Positions 38,857 to 47,802 of a stretch of DNA of 64,000 nt are shown in pieces (positions within the stretch are counted from its first letter, which is position 1; every line of letters starts with the position of its first letter). The position numbers and the translations under genes are program-made. The notes beneath the pieces were generated by a model. That model saw only the letters and a list, made by a program, of their open reading frames with translations. It had not been told where the DNA came from and searched no databases. The DNA is from Kofleriaceae bacterium. Lineage in GTDB: Bacteria > Myxococcota_A > Polyangia > Haliangiales > Haliangiaceae. Location of the stretch: contig CBDCCZ010000054.1 in the NCBI GenBank assembly GCA_965215005.1, positions 256,001 through 320,000 on the forward strand. Direction: 5' to 3'.

Positions 38857-40041
38857 ATGGCTGCGCTGCCCAAGCGAACCTCAGCGGCCGATGCCGCGAT
38901 TCCGGCTTCTGGCGACGCAATCTACGTTTCGCGGCCCAGCGGACTGCGACCGGGCAATCGAGTCACGCCGCTATTTGGTGGTGGTGAAGCCTATCCGGCG
39001 ATGCTCAAGGCCATCCGTGATGCGCGTGCATCGGTGAATCTAGAGACCTACATCTTGGAGAGCGATGCTACCGGCTGGCGCTTTGCCGAGGCTTTACGCG
39101 AGCGTGCGCGCGCTGGAGTGATGACTCGCCTCCTTTACGATGCCGTTGGCGGCATGACAGTCACTGCAGAGTTTCTCGCTGCGCTGCGCAGCGACGGCGT
39201 TCAGGTCGTCGAATATCACCCGGTGGTTCCGTGGCGAAAGCGCTTCAACCTCAGCCGTCGCGACCACCGCAAGATCCTCGTGGTCGACGAGGTTGTCGCG
39301 TTCACCGGCGGTCTCAACATTGGCGATGACTACGCTGCGGTCGAGGACGGCGGTCGCGGCTGGTACGACGTCCACTGCGAAGTACGAGGACCGTGCGTTC
39401 AAGACTTTGCGCGCATGTTTCGCCGGGTGTGGATTAGCGAGGGCGGGCAGCCCTTCGAGCTCGCGAAACAATCACCCACGGAGCAGGCCGGCGAGATGTT
39501 GGCGCGGGTGGTCGAGAACAAGAAGATCAGCAAGCGGTGGGCAATTCGTCGCGCCTATCTGCACGCAATCCATCACGCGCGTCACAGCATTTGCGTGATG
39601 AATGCCTACTTCTTGCCGGACCGCCGCATCCGATGGGCGCTGCACCGCGCGGTTCGTCGCGGCGTTCGCGTATCGGTCATCGTTCCCGAAGATTCGGATG
39701 TTTCAGCCGTGGAATACGCCTCGAGCCACATGGCGGGCCGACTGCTGCGCAAGGGCGTCGAGTACTTCCAATGGCCGGAAACCATGATGCACGCCAAGAC
39801 GGCGGTCATCGATGGGATCTGGTCAACCATCGGTAGCTACAACATCGATCATCGCAGCCTGTTCTACAATCTGGAGGTCGTCATCGAGGTCATCGACCGC
39901 AGGCTTGGCGCACTGCTCGCCGAGCGTTTCCAGCGCGACTTGGCAGTTTGCAAGCCGATGACTCTTGAGGTGTGGAAGCGAAGATCATGGTGGCGCTGGC
40001 TAGGCGGCTGGTTCTTTTATCAGTTTCGCCGCTGGCTCTAG
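38857..40041 (+). CDS. Cardiolipin synthase (ClsB-like, PLD family)
   Basis: Two HKD motifs: HRKILVVD and HAKTAVID; no N-terminal TM. Confidence 0.9.
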   Translation: MAALPKRTSAADAAIPASGDAIYVSRPSGLRPGNRVTPLFGGGEAYPAMLKAIRDARASVNLETYILESDATGWRFAEALRERARAGVMTRLLYDAVGGMTVTAEFLAALRSDGVQVVEYHPVVPWRKRFNLSRRDHRKILVVDEVVAFTGGLNIGDDYAAVEDGGRGWYDVHCEVRGPCVQDFARMFRRVWISEGGQPFELAKQSPTEQAGEMLARVVENKKISKRWAIRRAYLHAIHHARHSICVMNAYFLPDRRIRWALHRAVRRGVRVSVIVPEDSDVSAVEYASSHMAGRLLRKGVEYFQWPETMMHAKTAVIDGIWSTIGSYNIDHRSLFYNLEVVIEVIDRRLGALLAERFQRDLAVCKPMTLEVWKRRSWWRWLGGWFFYQFRRWL

Positions 40042-40054
40042 ACGACCTGCAGGA

Positions 40055-40975
40055 TCAAGCGCGCGGGCTCGGGCGGCGAAATCCCCACTTCGCCAGCTGC
40101 TTCGCGAGCACCACGGCAGTCACGATCGTGCCACCGGCGAAGAACACCACTGCGACATCGAGCCAACCGAGAAGCGCGAGCGCGAAGAACAGCAAGCAGA
40201 AGAAATCGCGTTTGAAGCAAAACTCGATCTTGGCAAACGGTCCGCCGCCGACGTCCCACTGAAACGCCTGCAGATTTCCTGAGCGATACACGGTCGCAAT
40301 GGCGTAGTAGAGCACCGGTTGTGTCAACAAGAACAGGCCCGCGCCGATGAACCCTAACTTGCCAACCCAGTCATGCGACGCCACGTACGAGGCGCCGAGC
40401 AGGAAAGAGAGGTTGGAGAGGTCATCGCTCAGAGTATCGAGCCACTCGCCCAGTTTGCTGCCCTGAAAGCGCAAGCGCGACAGCTCGCCATCGGTGCCAT
40501 CGAGCACCGACTGCAGCTGAAGCAGACCGGCACCAGCGACTCCGGCCCAGTACCCACCCATGGCTACGACGAAACCGCTGGCGATTCCGAGCAGCATGGT
40601 GACCGCAGTGACGTGGTTCGGGCGGATTGAGGTGTACATCAGGCGTCGGGTGAGCGCGCCCGAGACCTTGCGATTGAGGTGACGAGAGACGGGGCCGTCG
40701 ATGGGCTTGGTGAGACCCGCGATTAAGCGGTCTTCGATGGCGCGCAGGCCATCGGTGCAGACATTCATCTCGTCATCCCCAACCAACACCACGCAGTCAT
40801 CGATCACTCGGTCGGCGGCGGCCGCATCGTCGATGACTTGCACGCCGCGTTTGCTTAGCTCTTTCACCAAACGCTCGCGACGTGGCACACCGCACACGCG
40901 ATCCGGTACCGGTCGAGCGCACTGACAGGATGTAATGGCCGCAGTACGGATTGCAGTTTGATCGGCTGTGCTCAC
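40055..40975 (-). CDS. CDP-alcohol phosphatidyltransferase family protein
   Basis: DGPVSRHLNRKVS, PNHVT, LDGTDGELSR...SKLGEWLDTLSD. Confidence 0.88.
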   Translation of the reverse strand: MSTADQTAIRTAAITSCQCARPVPDRVCGVPRRERLVKELSKRGVQVIDDAAAADRVIDDCVVLVGDDEMNVCTDGLRAIEDRLIAGLTKPIDGPVSRHLNRKVSGALTRRLMYTSIRPNHVTAVTMLLGIASGFVVAMGGYWAGVAGAGLLQLQSVLDGTDGELSRLRFQGSKLGEWLDTLSDDLSNLSFLLGASYVASHDWVGKLGFIGAGLFLLTQPVLYYAIATVYRSGNLQAFQWDVGGGPFAKIEFCFKRDFFCLLFFALALLGWLDVAVVFFAGGTIVTAVVLAKQLAKWGFRRPSPRA

Positions 40976-41113
40976 ACGGGCCTCCGCTCGCTGCTCGCAG
41001 CGTTAACACAAGGTCCCCAACGCCGGCAACCGCCGCTTCCGGCGGGAAATCGCGGCGCGCAGCAGCTCGAGCTGCCTTGCACCGTGAGCAGCGGACTGTA
41101 GAATCTGCCAGCT

Positions 41114-42274
41114 ATGCGCATCGCCTATGTCCTCGACCAGCTCTTGCCCAACACCGAGGCAGACACCGAGCAGGCCATCAACACCATCTCGGCGTTGGTG
41201 CGGCAAGGCGCTGAAGTGGTGCTGCACGTGCCGCGGTTGCTGGGCAGCGCAGGGGTGTCTTCAGCCGCACTACGCGCTCATTATAAGGTGGAGGAGGAGC
41301 TGGCAATCGAGCAGCTTTGGGCACCGCTCGCGAGCGTGCGCGCAATCATCAAGCTCTTGCATCCGCTGCGGGTGACGACCGGCGCCGATCTTGGGAACTT
41401 CGATATCGTCTACACGCGCAACCTTCCGGCCGTGGCGAGCGCGCTAGCGAGCGATCATCGCGTCGTCTACGAGACGTATCGGCCGTGGCCCGCTCAGTAT
41501 CCACGCGTGGCGCCGGCGTTTCGGCTGGTCATGGGCCACCGTGGCTTCGTAGGTGCTGTGCTTCATTCGCAGCTTGCCAAAGAGAGTTACGCCGCCATTG
41601 GAGTATCGGATGACGTACTCGAAGTGGTGCACAATGGCTTCTCTCCCGCGCTCTTCGAGCCGCAGTTGTCGCAGGCTTCGGCACGGGCAGCGCTCGATCT
41701 GCCGGCGGATCGCTTCATCGCTGTCTATAGTGGTCGCGTGAGTCGCAAAAAGGGGCTCGACCTGGTGCTGGACATGGCGCGCCAACTTCCAGAGGTCTTG
41801 TTCCTGCTCGTTGGGTCACAACGTGAAGGAGCCATTGAGCAGTCCGCGCGTGAGCTCGACAACGTGCAGGTGCACCCGTGGATGCCGTTCGATCGGGTCG
41901 CGCCGTTTCTGTACGCTGCCGATGTACTTCTCGTGCCTCCCAGCCTCGGGCCACTGCAAAGGTCGCGAAACACCGTACTGCCGCTCAAGTTGTTTTCCTA
42001 TCTCGCCGCGGGTCGGCCCATTTTGGCACCACGAGCGCCAGACACTGCCGAGCTGTTGCGCCATGAGGAAACCGCGGTGCTCGTGCCGGCCGATGAGCTC
42101 GCGGCCGCCGTTGCCGGTTTGCGACGTCTGCGCGAGCAGCCAGAGCTCGCCGAGCGCCTCGGCCGGAAGTGTCGCCAGCTTGCTGACGGACTCACGTGGG
42201 ACGCGCGCGGACGTCGCCTGCTCGACTTCATCGAGCGGCGGCTCGAGCGCATGACGCCGTCGCGAGCCGCATGA
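41114..42274 (+). CDS. Glycosyltransferase family 4
   Basis: HNG, YSGRVSRKKG, PLKLFSYLAAGRPI, TWDAR. Confidence 0.9.
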   Translation: MRIAYVLDQLLPNTEADTEQAINTISALVRQGAEVVLHVPRLLGSAGVSSAALRAHYKVEEELAIEQLWAPLASVRAIIKLLHPLRVTTGADLGNFDIVYTRNLPAVASALASDHRVVYETYRPWPAQYPRVAPAFRLVMGHRGFVGAVLHSQLAKESYAAIGVSDDVLEVVHNGFSPALFEPQLSQASARAALDLPADRFIAVYSGRVSRKKGLDLVLDMARQLPEVLFLLVGSQREGAIEQSARELDNVQVHPWMPFDRVAPFLYAADVLLVPPSLGPLQRSRNTVLPLKLFSYLAAGRPILAPRAPDTAELLRHEETAVLVPADELAAAVAGLRRLREQPELAERLGRKCRQLADGLTWDARGRRLLDFIERRLERMTPSRAA

Positions 42275-43983
42275 CGAGTGGCCTCTACGTGGTGGCTGGA
42301 GCGCCGCCTTCGACCCCCGCTCTGCCATGTTCGGGCGGCATCTGGGCCCAGGCTCGAGGTGTGCTGGCCTCGAGTGCCCAGCGGGGTTCGCTCGAGCTGC
42401 TCTTCGAGGGCATCCTCACCGGCGGGCGTGCCGCAGATGCCGACGATGCGCAGGTGGCGCTCGAGGCGTTCGAGCGTGGTGGTGTGGAGGCGTTGCGCTC
42501 GCTCGATGGCTTCTACCAGCTGGCGCTGATCGACACCGTGCGCGGCTCGGCCACCATCGTCTGCGATGCGATGGCAACGCGACCTCTTTACGTCTATGCC
42601 GGCGCGGGTGTGGCTGCGATCGCTCCCTCTCCGGCTTGGTTTGCGGGCCTCGGGCTGCCGATGCAGCTCGACCGGCTTGGCCTTTACCAGGTGTTTCGAC
42701 TCAACCACGGCATCGGCGGACGCACCCTGGCGCGCGAGGTGACGCGAAGCCGCCCACTCACGGTCTATGAGCTCAGCGGCGACGGCAGTGTCCGCCGCTG
42801 GGGCCTGGAGCCGGTGCGCAAGCGCAGTGATGCTTCCATGACCCTCGATGCCGCCACCGACCGGCTGCGCGATATTACCGCCGAGGTCATCGCTGGAATC
42901 GTGAGTCATCCGCGGCTCCGCGCGCGGCAGATTCACCTTCCACTCACGGCGGGCATGGACTCGCGGCACCTCCTCGCCGAGTTGCTACGCCAGGACCGAG
43001 CTCCGGCGCTGTTGCGCCACGTGCGGCTGAGCGACAACGAGTTGCTACCGGTGGCAGCGATTGCCGCCGATTACAAGCTACCGCTGCAGGCCACGGACGT
43101 AGCCAACCTGGATTACTCGAGTCTCTGCCGTCGATGGGTCGAGACCGCTGGCGCAGTGCACTTTCATCAGATGTATCTGATGGCGGTGGCCGATGCGCCT
43201 GTGGGCAGCGGCGTGCTCGGCTTCGATGGCTACCTAGCGGACATCTTTCTTGGCTTCTATCCGTTCACCACTGCAATCGGCAACCGCTATTACAGTCGTG
43301 TCATGTTGCGCCGCTGGTTTGATGATCATCGTAGCCTCGATGCCGCCACCAACGCGGAGATAGACGCCGAGCTCGCGCTGTTTGCGGGACCAGAGAGCTT
43401 TTGCATCGGCGGTGCCGAAAGCTTCAACCGCGGCCTTTGCTACACGGGCTCGGTGTTTCCGGTGCTTGGGGACGATGCGCTGTACTTTGCGCCCGGTGCT
43501 CATCGAAAAGCGCTGGATTTCTACTGCACGGTGCCAGAAGCCGTGGCCGGCGCCAAGCGGGCCCGGCTGCACTTATTTCGGCGCGACTTTCCCGCGCTTG
43601 GCGCGTATCCAAACGAATATGGCACGAGCTATCTCGAGCTCGACACACTTTACAATTCCAAGAGTGTGCCATGGAGCAAGGCTCTCGCCTTCGCTCGGGG
43701 AATGCTCACGCCGCGCCGTCATGATCCAGCGCCTGACACCGAGCACGCATGGCTGCGCCAGATTGCGCCACTCCACGCGCTATCGCGACGCGTGAGCCAC
43801 GACAGCGCACTCGCCGCTGATGGCCATCTGCCCGCATCGCGTCTAGCTCGGGCGTGGCGGCTTCATCAAGCGGGGGCGTTTCTGGCGTGGCCGCTCATGA
43901 GCTCGATCACGGCTGACGTGGGGTACCGTGTGCTGATATGCCGCCAACCGCCCGATGAAGTTGCCGGGTGGCTGCAGAGTTGA
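42271..43983 (+). CDS. Asparagine-synthetase-related protein (polysaccharide-locus type)
   Basis: LDGFY...DAMATRPLY (Ntn-like remnant), LPLTAGMDSR (PP-loop variant), GFDGY; ATGA overlap with GT4. Confidence 0.7.
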   Translation: MTSGLYVVAGAPPSTPALPCSGGIWAQARGVLASSAQRGSLELLFEGILTGGRAADADDAQVALEAFERGGVEALRSLDGFYQLALIDTVRGSATIVCDAMATRPLYVYAGAGVAAIAPSPAWFAGLGLPMQLDRLGLYQVFRLNHGIGGRTLAREVTRSRPLTVYELSGDGSVRRWGLEPVRKRSDASMTLDAATDRLRDITAEVIAGIVSHPRLRARQIHLPLTAGMDSRHLLAELLRQDRAPALLRHVRLSDNELLPVAAIAADYKLPLQATDVANLDYSSLCRRWVETAGAVHFHQMYLMAVADAPVGSGVLGFDGYLADIFLGFYPFTTAIGNRYYSRVMLRRWFDDHRSLDAATNAEIDAELALFAGPESFCIGGAESFNRGLCYTGSVFPVLGDDALYFAPGAHRKALDFYCTVPEAVAGAKRARLHLFRRDFPALGAYPNEYGTSYLELDTLYNSKSVPWSKALAFARGMLTPRRHDPAPDTEHAWLRQIAPLHALSRRVSHDSALAADGHLPASRLARAWRLHQAGAFLAWPLMSSITADVGYRVLICRQPPDEVAGWLQS

Positions 43984-43993
43984 TGCTCGTCCT

Positions 43994-45475
43994 ATGACCG
44001 ATGCTTCCAACGATGATGCGTTTCGCAAGCGTGTCGCCTTCTCGTTCTTGTACACAGGTGTTGGCAACGCCGTAAGTAAGATCGTCAACGTGGTGGCGCT
44101 GCTCATCGCCATCAAGCTGGTCACCAAGGAGCAATTTGGTGCGGCAAGCTTGGTGCTGGCGGCGATCGCCATTCTCCGCAGCGTCACCGAGATGAGCCTG
44201 GGTGTGGCGCTAGTGCAAGCAAAGGAGCTGCGCAGCCGAGACGTGCACTCGCTGTTTTGGTTGTCGCTGCTGGTCTCACTGCTGTTTTACGCGTTGCTCG
44301 CCTTGGTCGGGGCGCCGCTGTTTGCGTGGTTCTATGATGAGCCAGAGCTGGCGGCGCTGTTGCGAGTGCACAGTCTCACGATCATCGTGTTCTCGTTCTA
44401 CTTCGTGTCACGCACTCTCATGGAACGAGAGCTGCTCTTTGGCCGCATGGCCATCATCGACAACGTCGCACTCACTGCTGGCTCTGCTGTGATGATTTTG
44501 CTGGCGATGCGCGGATGGGGCGCTTGGTCGTTCGTCTGCGCCGACGTAGCGTATCGCCTGGTCCAGGCGTTGCTCTCGCAGCTGGCAAGGCCGTATTTGC
44601 CGCGCTGGAACTTTCGTGTGCGCCAAGTTTGGCACATGGTCACGTTTGGCGGTTACGCGGCGGGCTCGCGCCTTCTGTATAATTTTTATACCCAAGCCGA
44701 CTATCTCATCGTCGGCAAGATCTTCGGTCCAGAGGAGCTCGCTATCTACACCATTGCGTACCGGGTGATCAGCGATCCCGTGAAGGCACTCGCAACGGTA
44801 GTAAACCAGGTTGCCTATCCTGCGTTTGCGCGTCTGCAAGAAGAACGCGAGCGGCTCGAGCGGTACTTCTTCACGATCGCCCGCCTATCACTAGCTTTGA
44901 TTGGGCTGATCCTGGTCGCCGTGCTCGTCTTCATCGATCTGGTGCTCGAGGGCTTTGGCTATCAGAGGTACATGGCTGCGGTGCCACTCATGTACGTTTT
45001 CGGCTTCATGGGTCTGCTGCAAGCCGCTGCGCCGCTGGTCCCTCAGCTCCTCAATGCAGTGGGACGCCCGCGACAAAATTTCCTGTATTCTGCTTCGTGC
45101 GCGGTCACCTTGCCGATTGCGTTCTTCGTTGGCGCGCAGGTAGCTCTAGCTGGCGTCGCGGTAGCCTGGCTCGTCGGTTATCCGCTCGTGGTGCTGCTGC
45201 TGTTTTGGTTTGGCGCCCGTGCTCTGGAGATTTCGCTCGGGCGCATGCTGGTCGGGGCGTTCTCTGGGCTCGTCGTGTTGGTGCCCGTGGCCCTCGTTGC
45301 GGTCGCGCTGCGCTTGCTGCTCACGCGGGCCCTTGCGCTCGATCCGGCGTTGGCGGCGTTGCTCGGAATTGGCGGCACGTTGCTCATCGGCGGCGGCGTC
45401 GCGTTCCTTCGCGAGCGCGCGGATTTGCGCTCGGTCCGCCGCGGTCTAGCCGCGCCGAAACGCGATGCTCCGTGA
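43994..45475 (+). CDS. Wzx-type oligosaccharide flippase
   Basis: EQFG, SLGVALVQ, FYDEPEL, QADYLIVGK, VAYPAFARLQ; many TMs. Confidence 0.9.
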   Translation: MTDASNDDAFRKRVAFSFLYTGVGNAVSKIVNVVALLIAIKLVTKEQFGAASLVLAAIAILRSVTEMSLGVALVQAKELRSRDVHSLFWLSLLVSLLFYALLALVGAPLFAWFYDEPELAALLRVHSLTIIVFSFYFVSRTLMERELLFGRMAIIDNVALTAGSAVMILLAMRGWGAWSFVCADVAYRLVQALLSQLARPYLPRWNFRVRQVWHMVTFGGYAAGSRLLYNFYTQADYLIVGKIFGPEELAIYTIAYRVISDPVKALATVVNQVAYPAFARLQEERERLERYFFTIARLSLALIGLILVAVLVFIDLVLEGFGYQRYMAAVPLMYVFGFMGLLQAAAPLVPQLLNAVGRPRQNFLYSASCAVTLPIAFFVGAQVALAGVAVAWLVGYPLVVLLLFWFGARALEISLGRMLVGAFSGLVVLVPVALVAVALRLLLTRALALDPALAALLGIGGTLLIGGGVAFLRERADLRSVRRGLAAPKRDAP

Positions 45476-45577
45476 GCCGTGGAGGTTCCGCTACGCGATC
45501 GGGTGACACAGTAGTGAGAAGTGTGGAGCGCAGAAGATGCGCCTGGCATGTAGCATGCTTATCAACGCGCTCAGCTC

Positions 45578-46702
45578 GTGAAAAACGTTTGCGCACTTCT
45601 CTTACTTGAAATCATCTACGCGGCCTATCCGCTGCCTGTTGCCGCGCAGGAGTCGCGATCGGCAGCCGAAGTCGAGAACGGCGATGACGCGCAGCAGGCA
45701 GAGGTGCCACGCGGATGGCTGCTGCTGCCGGGCTTGAGTTTCTCGGACGACCGGGGCGTAACCGCGGCCCTGGCACTTTTCTACTACTTTGCCGCTGATG
45801 ATAACTCGCGCCCTTCGGAGGTGCGTGTAGGCACAGCGGTGAGCAGCCAGGGCGACTACAACATTGACCTCAGGCCACTCTTACGCCTCCACAAGGATGC
45901 GCTCGCTGTCATAGGAGTCGTTGATGCGTCACAGCAGAGCTGGCAGTTCTGGGGCATCGGCAACGATGCGCCGCGTGACGCCGAAGCGACGTATCAGCGC
46001 CGTCGAGTCGTGGGCCAGGTGGCGGTTCTATACCGAGTCTTGGCCGATTTGCGCGTGGGGCCCATGCTCGATCTGCAGAACGTGTCGAACCTGGAGATCG
46101 AGACTGCAGGCGCGTTCAGCGAGCCCCAGATGGTGCGCGGGACCGAAGGCGGATGGGTCGTGGGGCCGGCCGTACGGGCCCAGTGGGACAGCCGCAACCG
46201 GGTATTTGCGCCGCATGCAGGTTGGCTAATTGAGAGCCAGGCGCGGCATTATGACCGTCTCTTCGGCAGCGACTATACGTTTAGCGCCTTCAGTCTGGAC
46301 GTGCGCACCTACCGCGAGCTGGCCCGAGAACACGTCCTGGCGCTGCAGGCGTTTGGGGACTTTCGCACCGGCCAACCGCCCTTCGACCAGATGTCAGTCG
46401 CCGGAGGGTTCAATTTGCTACGTGGCATGCCGCGCGGTCGCCTTCGCGATCTCCACTACGTTGCGGGACAAGCGGAGTATCGCAGTCCCATTTTTCTCTG
46501 GCGCTTTGGCGTCGCCGCGTTTCTCGGTGCCGGTCGTGTCGCACCTCGAATTCCCGACTTCATTGCCCGGGGGTGGATCTATTCGGCGGGCGGCGGCTTG
46601 CGATTCGCCGTAAAAGAACGCGACGGGGTTCATGTGCGCCTCGATGTGGCGCGAACCAACGATTCAAGCGGCATCTACCTCGACATCCTTGAAGCCTTCT
46701 GA
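45578..46702 (+). CDS. Omp85/BamA-TamA family barrel protein, apparently POTRA-less
   Basis: Signal peptide; WDSRN, LDVRTY, LLRGMPRGRLRD, QAEYR, GGGLRF; C-terminal EAF. Confidence 0.82.
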   Translation: MKNVCALLLLEIIYAAYPLPVAAQESRSAAEVENGDDAQQAEVPRGWLLLPGLSFSDDRGVTAALALFYYFAADDNSRPSEVRVGTAVSSQGDYNIDLRPLLRLHKDALAVIGVVDASQQSWQFWGIGNDAPRDAEATYQRRRVVGQVAVLYRVLADLRVGPMLDLQNVSNLEIETAGAFSEPQMVRGTEGGWVVGPAVRAQWDSRNRVFAPHAGWLIESQARHYDRLFGSDYTFSAFSLDVRTYRELAREHVLALQAFGDFRTGQPPFDQMSVAGGFNLLRGMPRGRLRDLHYVAGQAEYRSPIFLWRFGVAAFLGAGRVAPRIPDFIARGWIYSAGGGLRFAVKERDGVHVRLDVARTNDSSGIYLDILEAF

Positions 46703-46756
46703 GCCGCCTGCGCCGTGCGGACGCGCACGGTGGGGCGCGGCCGCGGCCTCTTCCGC

Positions 46757-47059
46757 CTATAGAAACGGAAAGGCGTAGAAGATAACGATGCCGATAGCGA
46801 GAATCGCAAACAGGACCAGAATTGCCTTGCCGGCTCCGCCCGCCCCAGCCGTCTTGACGGCGTCGCGGTCGGTCTTCGGGTAGGGCCCGCCGGTGGTGCT
46901 CGGATCCTGCATCGAATCCGCAGGTGCGGAGAAGGATCCTTGATGACCGCCTGCATCCGCGGGTGCTGCAACCTCGGGAGGTCGCGGGTTGCCGCCGTAC
47001 CCACGGGCCTCGCCGGTGCTCGAGCGGCCGTAATCTTGGGGTTCGAATGTCTCAGCCAT
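46757..47059 (-). CDS. Hypothetical protein with C-terminal TM
   Basis: Disordered N-terminus, hydrophobic C-terminal helix. Confidence 0.6.
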   Translation of the reverse strand: MAETFEPQDYGRSSTGEARGYGGNPRPPEVAAPADAGGHQGSFSAPADSMQDPSTTGGPYPKTDRDAVKTAGAGGAGKAILVLFAILAIGIVIFYAFPFL

Positions 47060-47089
47060 GTCCCTAACGAGAGCAGGCCGCGTGCCAGC

Positions 47090-47509
47090 TCAGGAGGGGA
47101 CGCGACGCGCTCGCGCTGGCGGGATAGGCGGAGTGCGTCCGAGGAGGACCTGGCGAGCCGCTGCAAGTCCTCCGGCGAGGAGGAAGAGGCACACCGATGC
47201 ACCGGCAGTGACGGCCATTTGCTGGCCCACGAGATGACGTTCGGCGTCGCTGCGACGCAGCGCGGCAAGCCGTTCCACCAGCGCTGCTTCTACCTCTCGA
47301 TAGGAGCCCTTTCGCGATTCTGACCGCTGCTGGCGCTGGAGGTGCAGCTCGAGCAGGTCGCCTTCGATGCGATGCGAGGCGCGCTGGAGCGCAGCGACGC
47401 CGCTGGCCTGCCCGATGAGACTCATCGTCGCTAAGCCGCCGCCAGCAGCGGCGAGAAACGCGAGTGCAAGCAGCAGCGAGGCACGTTTGGCGGGCGTCTG
47501 CATGATCAC
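47090..47509 (-). CDS. Hypothetical two-TM protein
   Basis: Two hydrophobic helices flanking a helical segment. Confidence 0.5.
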   Translation of the reverse strand: MIMQTPAKRASLLLALAFLAAAGGGLATMSLIGQASGVAALQRASHRIEGDLLELHLQRQQRSESRKGSYREVEAALVERLAALRRSDAERHLVGQQMAVTAGASVCLFLLAGGLAAARQVLLGRTPPIPPARARRVPS

Positions 47510-47625
47510 GAGTCAGTGTTGCAGAATCGGCCGCAGTTGCCAACGCACTCGCTCGTCACGCACATGCTGCGGCCGGTGGCCTTCCAGTGTTAAAACGCCG
47601 GCAGCTGCACGCAGGAGGAGGATGC

Positions 47626-47802
47626 ATGGCTGAGCTCATCGATGTTCGGACTCGCAAGCTAGTAGATGGTCGAGTCGAAGCGATCGCTATCACCGACAAG
47701 GAGGATGCCGCGGGAGATCCGCTGGTGATTACCGCCTATGGCGCAACCCCCGAGGAGGCCACTGCCGCAGCGCGTGCGCAGGCAAGCGAGCTGCCTTCGT
47801 GA
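47626..47802 (+). CDS. Small hypothetical protein
   Basis: Strong AGGAGGAGG RBS; GTGA overlap with the M61 gene. Confidence 0.6.
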   Translation: MAELIDVRTRKLVDGRVEAIAITDKEDAAGDPLVITAYGATPEEATAAARAQASELPS

